From Eledone cirrhosa (Eukaryota), in the NCBI GenBank assembly GCA_964016885.1, contig OZ024743.1:316944001-317008000 (forward strand): a stretch of DNA of 64,000 bases, in the 5' to 3' direction. Below the pieces are notes generated by a model, which had not been told where the DNA came from, searched no databases, and worked only from the letters and a program-made list of their open reading frames with translations. A program made the position numbers and the translations under genes. This document shows positions 62,050 through 64,000 of the stretch, piece after piece. Position 1 is the first letter of the stretch. Every line of letters begins with the position of its first letter.

Positions 62050-62990
62050 TATATCAAAACAGACTTGGGAACTACACGCTGTGTAGACATTTTGAAGGGA
62101 GTTAAGCAGGGGGATGTACTATCAGCACTTCTTTTCTGTATAGTTATAGCTGCACTTATCTACCAAACTGAAGAAGAATGTTCCTCTGGCTATCAAATAG
62201 GTGGTAAAATCCTATCAAATCTTAGCTATGCAGACGATCTGGCCATCATGAGTTACTCTAGAACTGATCAGCAAGACTTTCTGAATATACTGGCCAAACA
62301 TTCGCTGAAGGCTGGCTTAAACATCAACATCTCCAAAACAAAATGTATGACAACTGATAAAAACAATGCCAATCTCCAACTCACGATCTACAACCAGCAA
62401 ATTGCTCAAGTTACGGAGTCTGTATATCTCGGTCACAAACTATCATCAAACAACAATGGAATGGTGGCTGCGCAATATCACATTCCTCTAGGTTGGACGG
62501 CTTTCAACAAGAACAAGGAAGTACTAACATCAAAACGAGTTTCCTATCATTTGAAGGCTAAGATCTTTGATACTTACATCCTACCAGTTGTGTTATATGG
62601 TCTTGACTGTGTTAATTAGATGACAAGGTCACTTCAGAAGCTCTCTACATTCCAGGACCACATCATGAGACTTATGACTGGCAAGCGGCTCAGCGATCGT
62701 ATCTGTATCAGTGAGCTGCTCAACATTACCAAATTTAGACCAATTACATGAATTGTCAAGTCAAGAGTACTCAAACTATACGGTCATATAAAAAGATCAA
62801 CTCGTGGTGTGAGTATGCCTGGAAGAAAGGTTGGCTGGTAAGAGAAGCAGCGGCCGGCAGCCAAAACGATGTCTTGACAATGTCAATGGACTGGACTTGA
62901 TCTTTGCTCTTTGAACTCTGCTGCTGGTGATCAAACTTTGTGGAGAGAGATATCAAATGTTAATGTGCAGTCTGCAACTGGCGGCACTTA
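62050..62990 (+). mobile_element. RTE-like LINE RT fragment (distinct family)
   Basis: KGVKQGDVLSALLF...LSYADDL...GLNINISKTK...YLG...ILPVVLYG, then stops and a LYGHI motif. Confidence 0.85.
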
Positions 62991-63601
62991 GCGTCACAAG
63001 AAGGACGAAAAGCAAAGCTAACCTCGTTAGGAATTGAACTCTCAACATAAAGGGCCCTAACTATATGCTGCAAAGCATATTGTTCGATGCTCTACCAATA
63101 CTGCCATAAAATAATAAAATACAATACAACTTCCTTATGCAGTTTTCTCATTTACATATACCGTATTTGATGGCTTATAAGAGCCAACTCAATTTGGACA
63201 GACATTAAAATAAATAGGTAAATAGGTTTAAACTACAAATGTCAGATGAAGAGTATAAAGTTCTACATTGTAATTCTAGTTGTAATATTTTAGTACATTT
63301 TTAAACATGAGGAAGTGTGAAAATTTAATTTAAGGGCCACTGCAGCACTAGAACTCTGCTAGCCAGTAACCAAAATTGACCTTTGACCTTATAAGAAACA
63401 GGGTGATTTTTCTGGGACATTTTGGGGGAAAAAAGTATGTCTTATAAGCCATCAAATACAGTAATTATGTAATCTTAATGTTTATTTATTTTATGTTCTG
63501 CTTACTGATTTATTTATTCACTTACATTAATTTTAGTACATACCTTGGGTTGATGACAGGGTCATTATTAAGAGTTAATGGCAGGGTCATCTTTATTCAA
63601 G

Positions 63602-63730
63602 ATGATTATAATTGTCTAAATATTGTCATATTTTAATCTAGATCAGGGATCCCCCATGAAGGGGGTTGATTATCTATACTGATTCCTGATCTATACTACA
63701 ATATGACAATATTTAGCAAATTATAATCAT
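63602..63730. repeat. Degenerate inverted repeat, ~50-bp arms, 29-bp spacer
   Basis: 63602-63651 vs 63681-63730, about 6 mismatches (older fold-back). Confidence 0.75.
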
Positions 63731-64000
63731 GGACAATGCTGAAGTAATAAAGAACCATGAGATTAAATGCTCTATAGTTGAGTCTGTGAGTATATCTAGT
63801 GATGGTGTCACAAAAATGCACCTGGTACACTCTGTAAGGATAGCTGGTGACAGCAAGTGCACCTCACAGTAGAAACCATGCCTAAAATGGTTGAGAGGCC
63901 TGTTAGTTGTGTCCAAGACACAATAACTTCTCTAGTGTTGATGATCTACACTATAAATGCACATAGTACACGCTGTAAAATGGTTGGTGATAAGTAGGGT

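Overview
This is AT-rich, microsatellite-dense animal genomic DNA. The SINE/RTE repertoire and the 5S sequence suggest an octopod cephalopod, which is an inference. Host coding content is small. Two internal + strand exons of CFAP300/C11orf70 lie at 5550-5722 and 7207-7273; I could not find the terminal exon in the window. One intronless - strand CDS (22679-23464) encodes a divergent four-TM tetraspanin-like protein lacking the CCG motif, probably nested antisense in a long CFAP300 intron. The rest is mostly transposon-derived: many RTE LINE fragments (longest about 2.75 kb), CR1-like and CRE-like (RLE) fragments, a decayed GIY-YIG Penelope-like element, two internally deleted DD37D maT copies, one full-length decayed mariner-like element with D38 spacing, a non-autonomous Helitron, piggyBac- and mariner-type MITEs and tRNA-derived SINEs. 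There is also a solitary 5S rRNA copy and two minimal hammerhead-ribozyme motifs. The most unusual structural signal is a recurrent set of local inverted duplications (fold-backs with arms of about 20-180 bp) whose ends abut (TA)n tracts. The largest is a 180-bp palindrome whose loop is the 3' stem-loop of an RTE-type retroelement. All identifications were made by eye, with no database searches. Boundaries of decayed repeats are approximate.
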